From positions 25,683-89,682 of the forward strand of contig DASXZW010000046.1 of the NCBI GenBank assembly GCA_036501665.1: 64,000 nucleotides of DNA. The letters run 5' to 3'. A program made the position numbers and the translations under genes. Source of the stretch: Verrucomicrobiia bacterium (GTDB lineage: Bacteria > Verrucomicrobiota > Verrucomicrobiia > Limisphaerales > Palsa-1400). Numbering within the stretch: position 1 is the stretch's first letter; each line of letters begins with the position of its first letter. The notes beneath the pieces are model-generated. The model had not been told where the DNA came from, did no database searches, and worked only from the letters and a program-made list of their open reading frames with translations. This document shows, piece after piece, positions 18,537 to 28,524 of the stretch.

Positions 18537-19580
18537 ATGCTGCTAAAGTCAAAGGACGACATCGCGCCTCAAATGGCTGAATTGGAAGATTTGCTGCAAG
18601 CACCTCTTCCCAGTCACACTCGTGCCAAGGTCCTTCGCGAAAAAAACATGGTTCGTGCCGGAGCGAAGGCAGAAAAGGAGGCCGCTTACCAGATTGATTT
18701 TGCCTTGAAGGAGCATAAAAACTGGGTGGTGATCCACGATCTTCGGCTGGAACACAATGGCCGGGTCGCTCAGATCGACCATTTACTGTTTGTCCCAACC
18801 TGGGATTTCTACGTAGTCGAAACGAAGTCAATACAAACGGTGTTAAGCGTGGAGCCGGGACAATGGAGTTTTGTCCAAAAGGAGCATTGGCAGGGAATGC
18901 AAAATCCCATCGAACAAAACGCCCGGCATATTGAAGTTTTGCGTGAGTTAATCAAGGAACGCGAGTGGTTGCCGAGAACCATGGGAATTCCCGTAATCCC
19001 GCGATTCGTAAACGTTGTCCTCGTTCCGTCCGAGTGCCTGATCAAAAAACAGGAAGAATTCACCTGGGTGCTCCACATGGATGAATTCGTCACCAAGGCT
19101 CGAAAAGACATTCACCTGGGGAGTTTGGCGCTGAACTTTATTCACAATCACACTGGCGAAGCGGCTCAGGCTTTGGGATTTAAACTCGTTGAAAATCATC
19201 GTCCGGGCAAGATCGATTACCGCAAGAAATTCGGAATTCAAGATGTGGATCAAAAGCGGTCAACCCGATGCTCGACCCCCGGCAGGCGTGAGTGCGAAAT
19301 GTGTCGCAACGGGGTGAGTGATGCGGAGGTTGATTATTGTCTGAAACATAGTGAGCGATTTGCTGGAAAGTCGCTTTGCAGAAAATGTCAATCATACGCA
19401 CCGCATTCCATCCAAGGTAAGTCAATAAAAAGTTCTCGCAATGAAAGCTTGCCACACGATCAATGCGCCGGCTGCGGGGTAAATGTTGAGCTAAAAGTCA
19501 GAAATTTCTGTCGCTTCAACAAGCAGCGGTTTCACTCCCAAATACTTTGCAGGGATTGCCAGGAAAAGGTCAAAGCGTGA
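18537..19580 (+). CDS. NERD-domain protein with duplicated C-terminal Cys-rich module
   Basis: NERD core EKEAAYQIDFALKEHKNWVVIHDLRLEHNGRVAQIDHLLFVPTWDFYVVETKS. C-terminus carries two copies of CxxC-x10-11-[YF]C-x5-RF-x4-5-LCRxCQ. Confidence 0.75.
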   Translation: MLLKSKDDIAPQMAELEDLLQAPLPSHTRAKVLREKNMVRAGAKAEKEAAYQIDFALKEHKNWVVIHDLRLEHNGRVAQIDHLLFVPTWDFYVVETKSIQTVLSVEPGQWSFVQKEHWQGMQNPIEQNARHIEVLRELIKEREWLPRTMGIPVIPRFVNVVLVPSECLIKKQEEFTWVLHMDEFVTKARKDIHLGSLALNFIHNHTGEAAQALGFKLVENHRPGKIDYRKKFGIQDVDQKRSTRCSTPGRRECEMCRNGVSDAEVDYCLKHSERFAGKSLCRKCQSYAPHSIQGKSIKSSRNESLPHDQCAGCGVNVELKVRNFCRFNKQRFHSQILCRDCQEKVKA

Positions 19581-19632
19581 TTCCGCGTTAAGCTTTCCAG
19601 GTTCAAAGAGGATGAGCGCGAGGCTTTGATCG

Positions 19633-21198
19633 TTAGCGCTGGATCGCTTTTCCAACGGCGAGCAATAATTGCTCGACGCTGAAAGGTTTGCCCAGATTGA
19701 TCACATTCTCCTCGGATTTTTGAACTCGTTCAGTGTCGCGTTTGGAACCGCTGGCGATGATCACGGGAAGGTCCGGCTTCATTTCCTTGATGGCATGAAC
19801 CGCTCCCATGCCATCCATGTAAGGCATGTCGGTATCGGTGACCACAACCCGGACTTCATTTTTGTGCTCTTCAAATTGAGAAATTCCCTGCACCCCGTTC
19901 TTGGCTGTTATCACTTTATAACCGTAATTTTCCAGGGTGGTCTTGGTCAGTTCGCTAACAGCTTCTTCGTCCTCGATGACCAGGATCAACTCGCCGCGGC
20001 CTGTCGGCAATTGCGGTTCTTGAGATTTTGCTTCCGAGACACCTGCCGCAGCTTTTAAAGCGGGAAGATAGACCTTGAATTTTGTTCCACGGCCCGGCCC
20101 AGTTTCAACATCGATTTGGCCGCCGGCCTTCTTCACAATGGTAGCCACGGTGGACAGACCCAATCCTGTTCCCTTGTCCGGCAATTTTGTAGTGAAGAAC
20201 GGCTCGAAAATGCGCGAGAGGATGTTTGCTGGGATTCCACTGCCGGTATCCGCCACCGAAAGCAGGACGTAAGACCCCGGAGCCCCGTTTAGCTTCTTGG
20301 CAGCTTCAAGGTCGAGCATCACGTTTTGGGCTGAAAGGCTCAAACGGCCTCCGCTCGGCATTGCATCGCGCGCATTCACGCAGAGGTTTAAGAGCACCTG
20401 ATGCAATTCGGTGGCGTCGCATTGGACTTGCCAAAGGTCATCGCCGCCCGGACTCAGAGAAATCGTTATTGACTTGGGAAAGGTGTCCTGGACGATCTTT
20501 GCCATCTCGCGAACACGATTGCTGACCAGCACCGGACCGGTGCCGCCGCGGCCTCTGGCAAAACCCAGGATTTGTTTGACCATGCCGGTGGCCCGCTGCG
20601 CGCTGGAATTAATGATATCCAGAAACTTTTCCCGCACCGCGTCTTCCTGGCAATTCTTCAGCAACTCCACGCTCATGAGCACCGGAGCCAAAGCATTGTT
20701 CAAATCATGCGCGATGCCGCCTGCCAGAGCTCCAATGCTGTCCATCCGTTGCGCCCGGAGAAAGTCGGCCTCCAGTTTTTTCTTCTCAGCGCGCACTTCC
20801 GCTTCCAGCAGCGCTCGTCGGATGGCGGGAACCAGGCGCGCCAGCCGTTGCTTGAGAATGTAATCCGTTGCGCCGCTTTTCAGGCTCTCCACAGCCTGGG
20901 CGTCATCAAGCGTTCCAGAGAGCATGATGACCGGGGTGACTGGCTGAATTCTCTGGGCCAATTGCAACGCCGTAAATCCGTCATATCCAGGGATTCCATG
21001 ATCGCACAAAATGAGGTCGAATTGATGTCGGGCCAATTCTGCTTCAAACTTCGGCTTTGATGAAACTACGGTGATGTCACTTCGGAAGCCTTCACTTTCC
21101 ATCGAGTGTTGGATCAATTCCGCGTCAATGGCGGAATCTTCCAAATGCAGAACCCGGATACAGCGAGCTTCACCTGGATTGGCAGAGATGTTTTCCAT
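19633..21198 (-). CDS. hybrid sensor kinase REC-HisKA-HATPase_c-REC
   Basis: N-terminal REC (IRVLHLEDS..LILCDHGIPGYDG), H-box IAHDLNNAL, G-boxes DTGSGI / GTGLGLS, C-terminal REC (LILVIEDEE..VVTDTDMPYMDG). ATG 21198 preferred over GTG 21207. Confidence 0.9.
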   Translation of the reverse strand: MENISANPGEARCIRVLHLEDSAIDAELIQHSMESEGFRSDITVVSSKPKFEAELARHQFDLILCDHGIPGYDGFTALQLAQRIQPVTPVIMLSGTLDDAQAVESLKSGATDYILKQRLARLVPAIRRALLEAEVRAEKKKLEADFLRAQRMDSIGALAGGIAHDLNNALAPVLMSVELLKNCQEDAVREKFLDIINSSAQRATGMVKQILGFARGRGGTGPVLVSNRVREMAKIVQDTFPKSITISLSPGGDDLWQVQCDATELHQVLLNLCVNARDAMPSGGRLSLSAQNVMLDLEAAKKLNGAPGSYVLLSVADTGSGIPANILSRIFEPFFTTKLPDKGTGLGLSTVATIVKKAGGQIDVETGPGRGTKFKVYLPALKAAAGVSEAKSQEPQLPTGRGELILVIEDEEAVSELTKTTLENYGYKVITAKNGVQGISQFEEHKNEVRVVVTDTDMPYMDGMGAVHAIKEMKPDLPVIIASGSKRDTERVQKSEENVINLGKPFSVEQLLLAVGKAIQR

Positions 21199-21504
21199 GG
21201 ATTGCACAGTACGTAATGCTTATCGGACTTTTTCTCGGAAATCTTAACTGCAAAAATCCGATTAAACGACTCTGGCTGAGCAAAAACCTTATCAAAGCGT
21301 AAGTGTCAGGTCAACAGGGATTTACTTATTCCGCTTTTGGCCGGTAAATGTTGGGGTTTTCCGAAGTTTTGTTCAGGAAAATTTTGCGGAAAATTGTAGT
21401 GGCAGATCATACCTGGACTTTCTTTTTTGGCATTGTGAGCTGCGGATTTGGCTTGTTCGTCGTGTTTCAGGGCCGCAGTTTTTGGACTTCAGTGTAAAGT
21501 CTAA

Positions 21505-22818
21505 TTAGGGATGATGGGCAGCCGCGTTAGGGGAAGATTCAACCGGCAATGTGAAATAAAACGTTGCGCCTTTGTTCACCTCCGCTTCCGCCCAGATTCG
21601 TCCTCCGTGGCGTTGAATGATGCGTTGAACAATGGAGAGGCCGACGCCTGTCCCTTCATATTGATCAGAGGAATGAAGCCGTTGAAAAACGCCAAAAAGC
21701 TTTCCCGCGTATTCCATGTCGAACCCGGCGCCGTTGTCCCGAACGAAATAGATCGTTTTCCCCTCGGATAGCTGATGGTTCACCTCGACGGTCGGTTTCT
21801 CCTTCTTTCGTGTGTATTTAAACGCGTTCGACAGCAAATTGACCAATGCCTGCCGGAGCAGCGACGGATCGCCCACGCAATCCGGCAGATTGCCCACCCC
21901 GACTTCAACATGTCGATCGCTTTGTTCTTTGCGCAATTCTTCCACGATTTCATGCACCAGGCTCGAAATTTTCACTGGCAACCTGGATAGCTGTTGCCGC
22001 CCAAGATGGGAGAAGCCCAGCAAATCATCGATCAACTGCCCCATTCGTTTGCTGCTGGTGCTGACCACGTTGAGGAGTCGTTGAGCTTCAGAGGGCATCT
22101 GCGCCGAAAATCGTTGAAGGACGATGTCTGAAAAACCGTCGATCGCCCGCAGCGGCGCGCGCAAATCGTGCGAGACTGAATAGGAAAATGCTTCGAGTTC
22201 CTTGTTTGCCGCTTCCAAATCCTTGTTCGCGGACTTTAGCCTCGTGTTGAGCTGTTTCAAATCCTCCTGCGTCAGGCTTAATTCCTTGTTGCGCTGAATG
22301 GCCGCGTCGTAGGTGGAAAGAAGAAGATTGAGGATTTGCAGGCGGTCAGCGGTGATGAAGTGTTTGCGTTCGTTGAAAAATATTTCCACACCCATCCCGG
22401 CTCGTTCGCCCATGCGCACTTCCTGATTGGCGAGAATGAACCGCACGCGGCTCAAGAGATGGCGTTCGTCGTAGGGTTTGAGGATAAAGTTGTCCGCCCG
22501 GCATTCCAACCCGCTGATGACGTCCTGGGGATCCGACAACGTTGTTACAAGGATGAGTGGCGTATCAGAGAGTAAAGGGTCTGTTTTTATGTTTCGGCAC
22601 AATTCGTATCCGTCCATCTCCGGCATGACCACGTCGCTGATGATGAGCGTGGGTTTGTGCCGCCGCGCCGCTTCCAATGCCAGGCGTCCGTTGGCGGCAG
22701 CGGTGACCTGGTAGCCTTGTTGTTCAAGGATGTAGCGGAGATGTTGAGCCTGCGTCGGACTGTCTTCGGCAATCAGAATTTCAACGGACGTTGGAGTGGA
22801 TTTTGTTTCGATATTCAT
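21505..22818 (-). CDS. response-regulator/histidine-kinase fusion (REC - coiled coil - HisKA - HATPase_c)
   Basis: REC (ILIAEDSPTQA..LIISDVVMPEMDG..FILKPYD), coiled coil, H-box VSHDLRAPL, G-boxes DNGAGF / GTGVGLSIV. Start overlaps the cheB stop (ATGA). Confidence 0.9.
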   Translation of the reverse strand: MNIETKSTPTSVEILIAEDSPTQAQHLRYILEQQGYQVTAAANGRLALEAARRHKPTLIISDVVMPEMDGYELCRNIKTDPLLSDTPLILVTTLSDPQDVISGLECRADNFILKPYDERHLLSRVRFILANQEVRMGERAGMGVEIFFNERKHFITADRLQILNLLLSTYDAAIQRNKELSLTQEDLKQLNTRLKSANKDLEAANKELEAFSYSVSHDLRAPLRAIDGFSDIVLQRFSAQMPSEAQRLLNVVSTSSKRMGQLIDDLLGFSHLGRQQLSRLPVKISSLVHEIVEELRKEQSDRHVEVGVGNLPDCVGDPSLLRQALVNLLSNAFKYTRKKEKPTVEVNHQLSEGKTIYFVRDNGAGFDMEYAGKLFGVFQRLHSSDQYEGTGVGLSIVQRIIQRHGGRIWAEAEVNKGATFYFTLPVESSPNAAAHHP

Positions 22819-23897
22819 GATTTTGTTGCTTCAGTGCGCTGGTGTAGGCGGTTGGCGACCGAAATAAGGGTTGCAGCGATTTTGTCTGCGGCGAGAACAT
22901 ACATAGCGCCGCCGATCTGGATCGCTTCTCCAGGCATGCCGTGAACAACGGAGCTTTCCCGGTCCTGCGCAATGGTCACCGCCCCGTTGTCCCTCATGAG
23001 CTTTAATTCCGCGGCGCCGTCTTTTCCCATGCCGGTCAACAAAACTCCCACCGAATCCGGTCCGCACACTTCCGCCAGTGAACGGAACAAAAATGAAACC
23101 GCGGGTCTCAAGCCATTCTCAGGTTCTTCCCCGGACATTATGATTCGCCCGCCGGCGCCGACGCCCATATGGAAATCGTCCGCAGCCAGGTATGCGTGAC
23201 CGGGCAGCGGAAAAGTTCCGTGTGACGCCACATGAACCGGCAATCCGGTGGTCTGGTTAAGCCATTCAACCATGCCAGGCAGAAAACCTCGCGCGACATG
23301 CTGGACAATGAGGAGAGGGCAGGGGAAATCTTTTGTCAAACTAGAAAGAATTGTCTGAAGAACAAGCGGGCCGCCGGTGGACGCGCCGATGCCCACCAGC
23401 GTCACCTTGCCCGGCAAAGGTTTTCGTTCGACCGGACGCGACGTGATTGTTGTGGTTGATCCCGCCCGTGGCCAGCGGCGCACAACTTTGACTTCGGACA
23501 TCAACTTCACCGTGTCGAGCAAGTTCGCGGCTAATCGCTCAAAATCCGCATTTTCGCGAGCCACTGGCTTTTCCACGCAGGCGACTGCTCCGGCCTCCAT
23601 CATGCGGAATGTGGTGACGACCTGTTTGGTATCTGTTGTCGCCGAGCAAATTATGATTGGCACCGGCTCGGTCTCCATGATGAGGCGTGTGGCCTCGAAC
23701 CCATCGAGGTTGGGCATGTTGATGTCCATGACGACGACGTCTGGTTTTTTCACGCGAACGAAATCCACCGCGGCCTGGCCGTCGTTGACCGTCCCAACAA
23801 TGTGGATTTGCGGATCAGACTCAAGAAGGTGAACCAGAAACATCCGCATCAACTTTGAATCATCGGCTACTAATACATTGATCTTCTGGCTGGTCAT
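22815..23897 (-). CDS. cheB: chemotaxis protein-glutamate methylesterase/deamidase (REC + CheB)
   Basis: REC (INVLVADDSKLMR..VVVMDINMPNLDG). Catalytic domain motifs IGASTGGP, LIVQHV, TGMGKDGA, HGMP. Confidence 0.9.
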   Translation of the reverse strand: MTSQKINVLVADDSKLMRMFLVHLLESDPQIHIVGTVNDGQAAVDFVRVKKPDVVVMDINMPNLDGFEATRLIMETEPVPIIICSATTDTKQVVTTFRMMEAGAVACVEKPVARENADFERLAANLLDTVKLMSEVKVVRRWPRAGSTTTITSRPVERKPLPGKVTLVGIGASTGGPLVLQTILSSLTKDFPCPLLIVQHVARGFLPGMVEWLNQTTGLPVHVASHGTFPLPGHAYLAADDFHMGVGAGGRIIMSGEEPENGLRPAVSFLFRSLAEVCGPDSVGVLLTGMGKDGAAELKLMRDNGAVTIAQDRESSVVHGMPGEAIQIGGAMYVLAADKIAATLISVANRLHQRTEATKS

Positions 23898-23905
23898 TGC
23901 ATTTC

Positions 23906-26206
23906 CTATATCAGACGGCGTATGGCTTCGAGAAGGTTACTTTGGTCAAAACTGCTTTTTACCAGGTAAGCGTCAGCGCCCGCATCAATTCCCCGCTCCC
24001 GGTCCTCGCGCGATTCCAACGCGGTGACAAGCACCACCGGCAATTCCGCCAGCTTTTTGTCCGCGCGAATCCGCGCCGTAAGATCAAACCCATTCAGACG
24101 CGGCATCTCCACGTCCGAGACCACAAGATCGAACTCCTGCGTGCGCAAAATCGAAAATCCCTCCAGTCCGTCCACCGCCGTTTTTACCTGGTAACCCGTG
24201 GATTCGAGGATGCCTTTCAACAACATGCGTGACGTGATCGAATCTTCCACCACGAGGATGCGCGCTGATTCGACTTTTGCGGGCTTTGCGGTCGCCGCCG
24301 TGTTCGCCACCGCGCCACGGTTCATTTTGGCGGATTTAAAAAGGTCCGCAACATTGAGGATCGGAGCGACGCGACCTGAGCCAAGCACAGTGGCCCCGGC
24401 AATGTTGCGCACACGCGACAACGGTCTGGAAAACCGCTTTACCAGCACTTCCTGTTCATCCAATACCGCGTCAACTGCAAACGCGATCCGCTGATCGCCT
24501 GCGACAAGAATAATAGCTGGGATGGCAGTCGGAGAACTTTCGGGTCGGTCCGTGGCAAACAATTCCAGCGTCTGGGCCATGCTAGCCAGCGCAATGACGC
24601 GGCCATTCAGCGAAAGAGTTTCGCGGCCTTCGACTGTTTGAATGTCTGCGGTCTTGAAACGCACGACCCGCTCGACTTGCGAAGTCGGGACGACAAACTG
24701 CCTCTTGGCAACTTCAACAAGGATTCCTCGAAAAGTCGCGACCGCAATCGGCAAGGCAATGCGTATGGTTGTTCCGACGTGACGCCGGCTTTCCACGCTA
24801 ACGCGGCCTCCGAGCTTTTCGGTCTTCTCGCGCACAATCGCAAGTCCCAACCCGCGACCGGATAGCTGCGTGATAATTGGACTCGTGGACAGGTCGGTTT
24901 GAAAAATCAGTTCCAGCGCTTCGGTCTCTGTCATTTCATGCGCTTTCTGAGGCAAAATCAGGTTGCGCTGGATGGCGGCTTCTTTGACTTTATCGACGTC
25001 GATGCCGGAGCCGTCGTCGGACACGAGCAATTCAACTTTGTTGCCGTTGACCGGCGAAACAACGATGGTGATCGTGGCGCGAGGTGGTTTGCCATGTTTG
25101 ACCCGCTCTTCAGGTTTCTCAATTCCGTGATCGACGCAATTGCGCAAAAGATGGATGAAAGGGTCCTTCATCTCTTCAAGAATGCGCTTGTCGATTTCAA
25201 ATTCTTCGCCGCGAATTACCAGGTCGGACTCTTTGCCCTGGTCGCGGCAGAGGTCCCGCACCAGTTTTGGAAACATCGCTCCGAGTGTTGACACTGGAAG
25301 CATCAGCATCTTTTTGGAATCCGCCAAAAGATCATCCACTAGTTTGCCGACGGCAGTGTGGTCCTGCTCCGCCGTTTGCCGCAAGGCCGCCACTTTGTTT
25401 TCAAGAGAGTGAAAATAGTCATGGTTCCAATCAACGAACTCAATCAACCGCGTCAAGCCCAGCGCTGAGGCAGGGGACGTCACGCTTGACTCGGGTGGTT
25501 CGGAAGTTTGGCGCAGTCCCCGCATTTCCGGTTGGACGAGTGCCCACTCTTTCCTCCATGCGTTCAATTCATGCGACAGTTCGCGCAAATCGGATGCGCG
25601 CTGGGCGGCGGTCAGTTTTACCGCGAGCATTTCCTCCGCCTCCAGCAATTGGGCGTCCAATTTTGCCACGGAAATGCGCACAGTGTCGGCGGCTGGAGAT
25701 TTCTCCGCCGCACTTGCGGGAATATAAGGCGGCGGGGTCGCAGGAGGAATTACTGTTGGTTCAACAGGCTGGTTTGCGGATACTTTCGGTGCAGTCAATG
25801 CCGAAGGATCTGAAGTTGGAGGATGCGGGACGGGCGAGGTCTTTTCAGTCGGCGTGGCAGAGCCGCTTTCGGGGGCGTTGAGAACTTTGATCGCGCTGTT
25901 CAACAGGCGATGAAGATCATCCATCTCCGCTGGCGTCGGAACGGTGCCCTTGCGTTTCCATACCGCGAACGAATCTTCCAATGATTCGCAAATCGATTCG
26001 ACCTCATCGAAATTCACCGCCCTGGCGGCGCCCTTGAGGCTGTGCGCGGCTCGAAAAACTTTTTCGACATGGGACGCCTTCTCACTGGCTTGCAGCTTTT
26101 TCTCCAATTCCAAAAGCCCAGTCGCAATCGTCTGCAAATGCTCGCCGGCTTCGATTTTAAACGTCGCCCTTAACGATTTGAGAAATTCTTGATCCCGAGC
26201 GCTCAT
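23906..26206 (-). CDS. cheA: CheA-type histidine kinase with C-terminal receiver (Hpt - dimerisation - HATPase_c - CheW-like - REC)
   Basis: Hpt H-box FRAAHSLKGAARAV, Pro-rich linker, kinase core FIHLLRNCVDHGIE..DDGSGID..GRGLGLAIV, CheW-like domain, REC (ILVVEDSITSR..VVSDVEMPRLNG). ATG 26206 preferred over TTG 26218. Confidence 0.9.
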   Translation of the reverse strand: MSARDQEFLKSLRATFKIEAGEHLQTIATGLLELEKKLQASEKASHVEKVFRAAHSLKGAARAVNFDEVESICESLEDSFAVWKRKGTVPTPAEMDDLHRLLNSAIKVLNAPESGSATPTEKTSPVPHPPTSDPSALTAPKVSANQPVEPTVIPPATPPPYIPASAAEKSPAADTVRISVAKLDAQLLEAEEMLAVKLTAAQRASDLRELSHELNAWRKEWALVQPEMRGLRQTSEPPESSVTSPASALGLTRLIEFVDWNHDYFHSLENKVAALRQTAEQDHTAVGKLVDDLLADSKKMLMLPVSTLGAMFPKLVRDLCRDQGKESDLVIRGEEFEIDKRILEEMKDPFIHLLRNCVDHGIEKPEERVKHGKPPRATITIVVSPVNGNKVELLVSDDGSGIDVDKVKEAAIQRNLILPQKAHEMTETEALELIFQTDLSTSPIITQLSGRGLGLAIVREKTEKLGGRVSVESRRHVGTTIRIALPIAVATFRGILVEVAKRQFVVPTSQVERVVRFKTADIQTVEGRETLSLNGRVIALASMAQTLELFATDRPESSPTAIPAIILVAGDQRIAFAVDAVLDEQEVLVKRFSRPLSRVRNIAGATVLGSGRVAPILNVADLFKSAKMNRGAVANTAATAKPAKVESARILVVEDSITSRMLLKGILESTGYQVKTAVDGLEGFSILRTQEFDLVVSDVEMPRLNGFDLTARIRADKKLAELPVVLVTALESREDRERGIDAGADAYLVKSSFDQSNLLEAIRRLI

Positions 26207-26220
26207 TTCGCATCTCAATA

Positions 26221-27954
26221 CTAAACTTTGTAGCCCTCAACGATCTTTTTGAGCCGTTGGCCAAGTTCGTTAAGGTTGCGCGCGGCGACCTCCAATTGCT
26301 TGGCGCTGGCTACGTTTTGGGTGCTCGCCTGCTTGATGTTTTCCATCGCCCCCGCAACCTGGTCCACCCCGACCAACTGCTGCTGGCTCGAAGCCGCGAT
26401 CTGCATCGCCGCCTGCGCCGCCTCTGTCACGCTGCTCGCAAGCCCTTGAATGGATACACCCGCCGCCTCCGACTGCTTCGCGCCTGCTTCGACTGCCTTG
26501 CTTCCTTGTTCTGTCGCCATGACTGCCGCTCCTGTCGCTTTTTGGATGTCGCCTAGAATTGCGCGCACTTGATTGGTCGCTTGACGGGATTGTTCGGCCA
26601 GGCTCTTGACCTCCTGCGCCACAACGCTGAATCCCTTGCCGTGCTCCCCGGCTTTTGCTGCTTCAATCGCTGCATTGACGGCCAGCAAATTGGATTGCGC
26701 GGCAAGGTCCTCCACTGTCGCCACAATCTGGCCGATGGTCTGGCTTTGCTCGCTGAGACGCACCATGCTCGCGGCGATGGCTTCCATTTGTTGGCGAATG
26801 CGCCCTGTTCCCGCCGCGATTTCCTCGGTGGATTTGCGTCCGCTTTGGGATATCTGCGCCGCCTTTTGCGCGCTGTCGGCGACAGCCTTGGCCTTTTGAC
26901 TGGCCGCTTGCGCCGTTTGTCGGACTTCTTCAACTGTCGTGGTCGTTTCGCTCACCGCCACCGCAGACTCAGTGGCGCTGGAGGCCAGTTGTGTTGTGGA
27001 AGCCACAATTTCACTGGCCGATGAGCCGAGCACATTGGCTCCTTCAACCAACTGCCGGATTTGCTCACGGAGGTTCTCAGTCATGCGCGCGAAAGCGGAG
27101 CCAAGCACATCCCGGGACGACTGGGGCTTGATGTTTGCCCGCAGATCGCCGTCGGCAATCTTGCTGGCTGCCTCGGCCATTTCTTTCAGCGACTCGGTCA
27201 TTCTCGCAAATGTTCGAGTCAGCACACCCACTTCGTCCCCACGGTGGTCGGTCGTAACAACGATGCTCAAATCGCCCGATGCGATTCGGTCCGCAGTCGC
27301 GGTGATTGCCTTGAGCGGGCTGGAAATGTTGCGGGTAATGAGGAAGCCGGCCACGGTCATGAGGCCCAGGGAAAACAGCGTGCCCAGGACGATGGCGAAC
27401 ATTGCGCCTCGAGCGCTGGCGGTGGCTTCGTCTGAACGCTTTTTCAACAGAGTCGTCTCTTCGTTCTTCATCTCGTCGATTACTTTGCGGATATCATCCA
27501 TGACATTTTTCCCTTTTCCCGACTTCACTTCCTCGAGGGCCGCATTAAAGCCTTTCGTGCTGTCCTTCCGCAGGTCGATGGTTTTTGAAAGCTCAGCAAG
27601 CTTGCCGGTAATCATCAATTCAAGGCTGTCAATTCTCTTTTGCTGCTCGGGATTGTCCTTCGTCAATTCACGGAGCGATTTGACCTTCGCATCAATGCTG
27701 CCTTGTGCAGAGTTAAAAGGGGCCAGATAAGGTTCTTCGCCTGTTAGTACGTATCCGCGCTGGCCGGTTTCGGCGTCTTTCATCGTCGACATCACGCCTT
27801 CCACCGTTTCCAGGACTTGGTGGCTGTGGTCCACCCAGTCGGCGGTTTCCGTAAGTTTGGCGATGTTTAGATAGGCGGCCGATCCAATTATGAGCAGCAT
27901 GGCCCACGACAGTCCAAACCCCGTTCCGATCTTCATTCCAACATTCCATTTCAT
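26221..27954 (-). CDS. methyl-accepting chemotaxis protein with CHASE3-type periplasmic domain and HAMP domains
   Basis: N-terminal TM plus CHASE3-like region ([38 protein letters not shown]), second TM, HAMP, highly conserved signalling hairpin ([39 protein letters not shown]). Confidence 0.9.
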   Translation of the reverse strand: MKWNVGMKIGTGFGLSWAMLLIIGSAAYLNIAKLTETADWVDHSHQVLETVEGVMSTMKDAETGQRGYVLTGEEPYLAPFNSAQGSIDAKVKSLRELTKDNPEQQKRIDSLELMITGKLAELSKTIDLRKDSTKGFNAALEEVKSGKGKNVMDDIRKVIDEMKNEETTLLKKRSDEATASARGAMFAIVLGTLFSLGLMTVAGFLITRNISSPLKAITATADRIASGDLSIVVTTDHRGDEVGVLTRTFARMTESLKEMAEAASKIADGDLRANIKPQSSRDVLGSAFARMTENLREQIRQLVEGANVLGSSASEIVASTTQLASSATESAVAVSETTTTVEEVRQTAQAASQKAKAVADSAQKAAQISQSGRKSTEEIAAGTGRIRQQMEAIAASMVRLSEQSQTIGQIVATVEDLAAQSNLLAVNAAIEAAKAGEHGKGFSVVAQEVKSLAEQSRQATNQVRAILGDIQKATGAAVMATEQGSKAVEAGAKQSEAAGVSIQGLASSVTEAAQAAMQIAASSQQQLVGVDQVAGAMENIKQASTQNVASAKQLEVAARNLNELGQRLKKIVEGYKV

Positions 27955-27980
27955 AGTCGTATGTTCAGTTTGTTTTCTGT

Positions 27981-28448
27981 TTACCCTTCGACTTCCTCAT
28001 GCACGATGATTTTTGGATCAGCAAGAATGCGCGCCATGTCCAGAACCACGAGGCGTTCAGCAGTCACGCCCTTCAAATAATCGCCGCGAATTCCATCCAG
28101 CGTCGGCAACGTGGCTTGCAAATCGGATGCCGGAATGGATCGCACGCCGACGATGCTGTCCGCGAGAAGGCCCAGTTCAAGACCGTTGCCTCCGACAAAA
28201 ACGATGCGGTGCAAGTCGGTGATCCCTTTTTCCGGAAGGTCAAAAAACTTCCTTAGATCAAGCACCGGCAGGATGCGCCCCCTCATATTGACAATTCCCA
28301 GCACAAACGGCGGACAGCAGGGCAGCGGCGTCAAATCCTTGAAGTTGGAAACCTCGCGCACCCATCGCGTCTCCAGCGCGTAACTTTCCGCAGCCAGTTG
28401 GAATGCCAGCAGTTCGAGCATCCCGCGCTTTGTGGAGTCCAAATGCAA
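27981..28448 (-). CDS. cheW: CheW-like coupling protein
   Basis: 155 aa. [46 protein letters not shown] start is uncertain (ATG alternative at 28421). Confidence 0.85.
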   Translation of the reverse strand: MHLDSTKRGMLELLAFQLAAESYALETRWVREVSNFKDLTPLPCCPPFVLGIVNMRGRILPVLDLRKFFDLPEKGITDLHRIVFVGGNGLELGLLADSIVGVRSIPASDLQATLPTLDGIRGDYLKGVTAERLVVLDMARILADPKIIVHEEVEG

Positions 28449-28524
28449 TGGTCGCGCCAGGGACTTCGCCCTTGCGCGAAGTATCCGGCCGTCGTTCGAG
28501 TTTATGTCAATAATAGTGCTCCTT

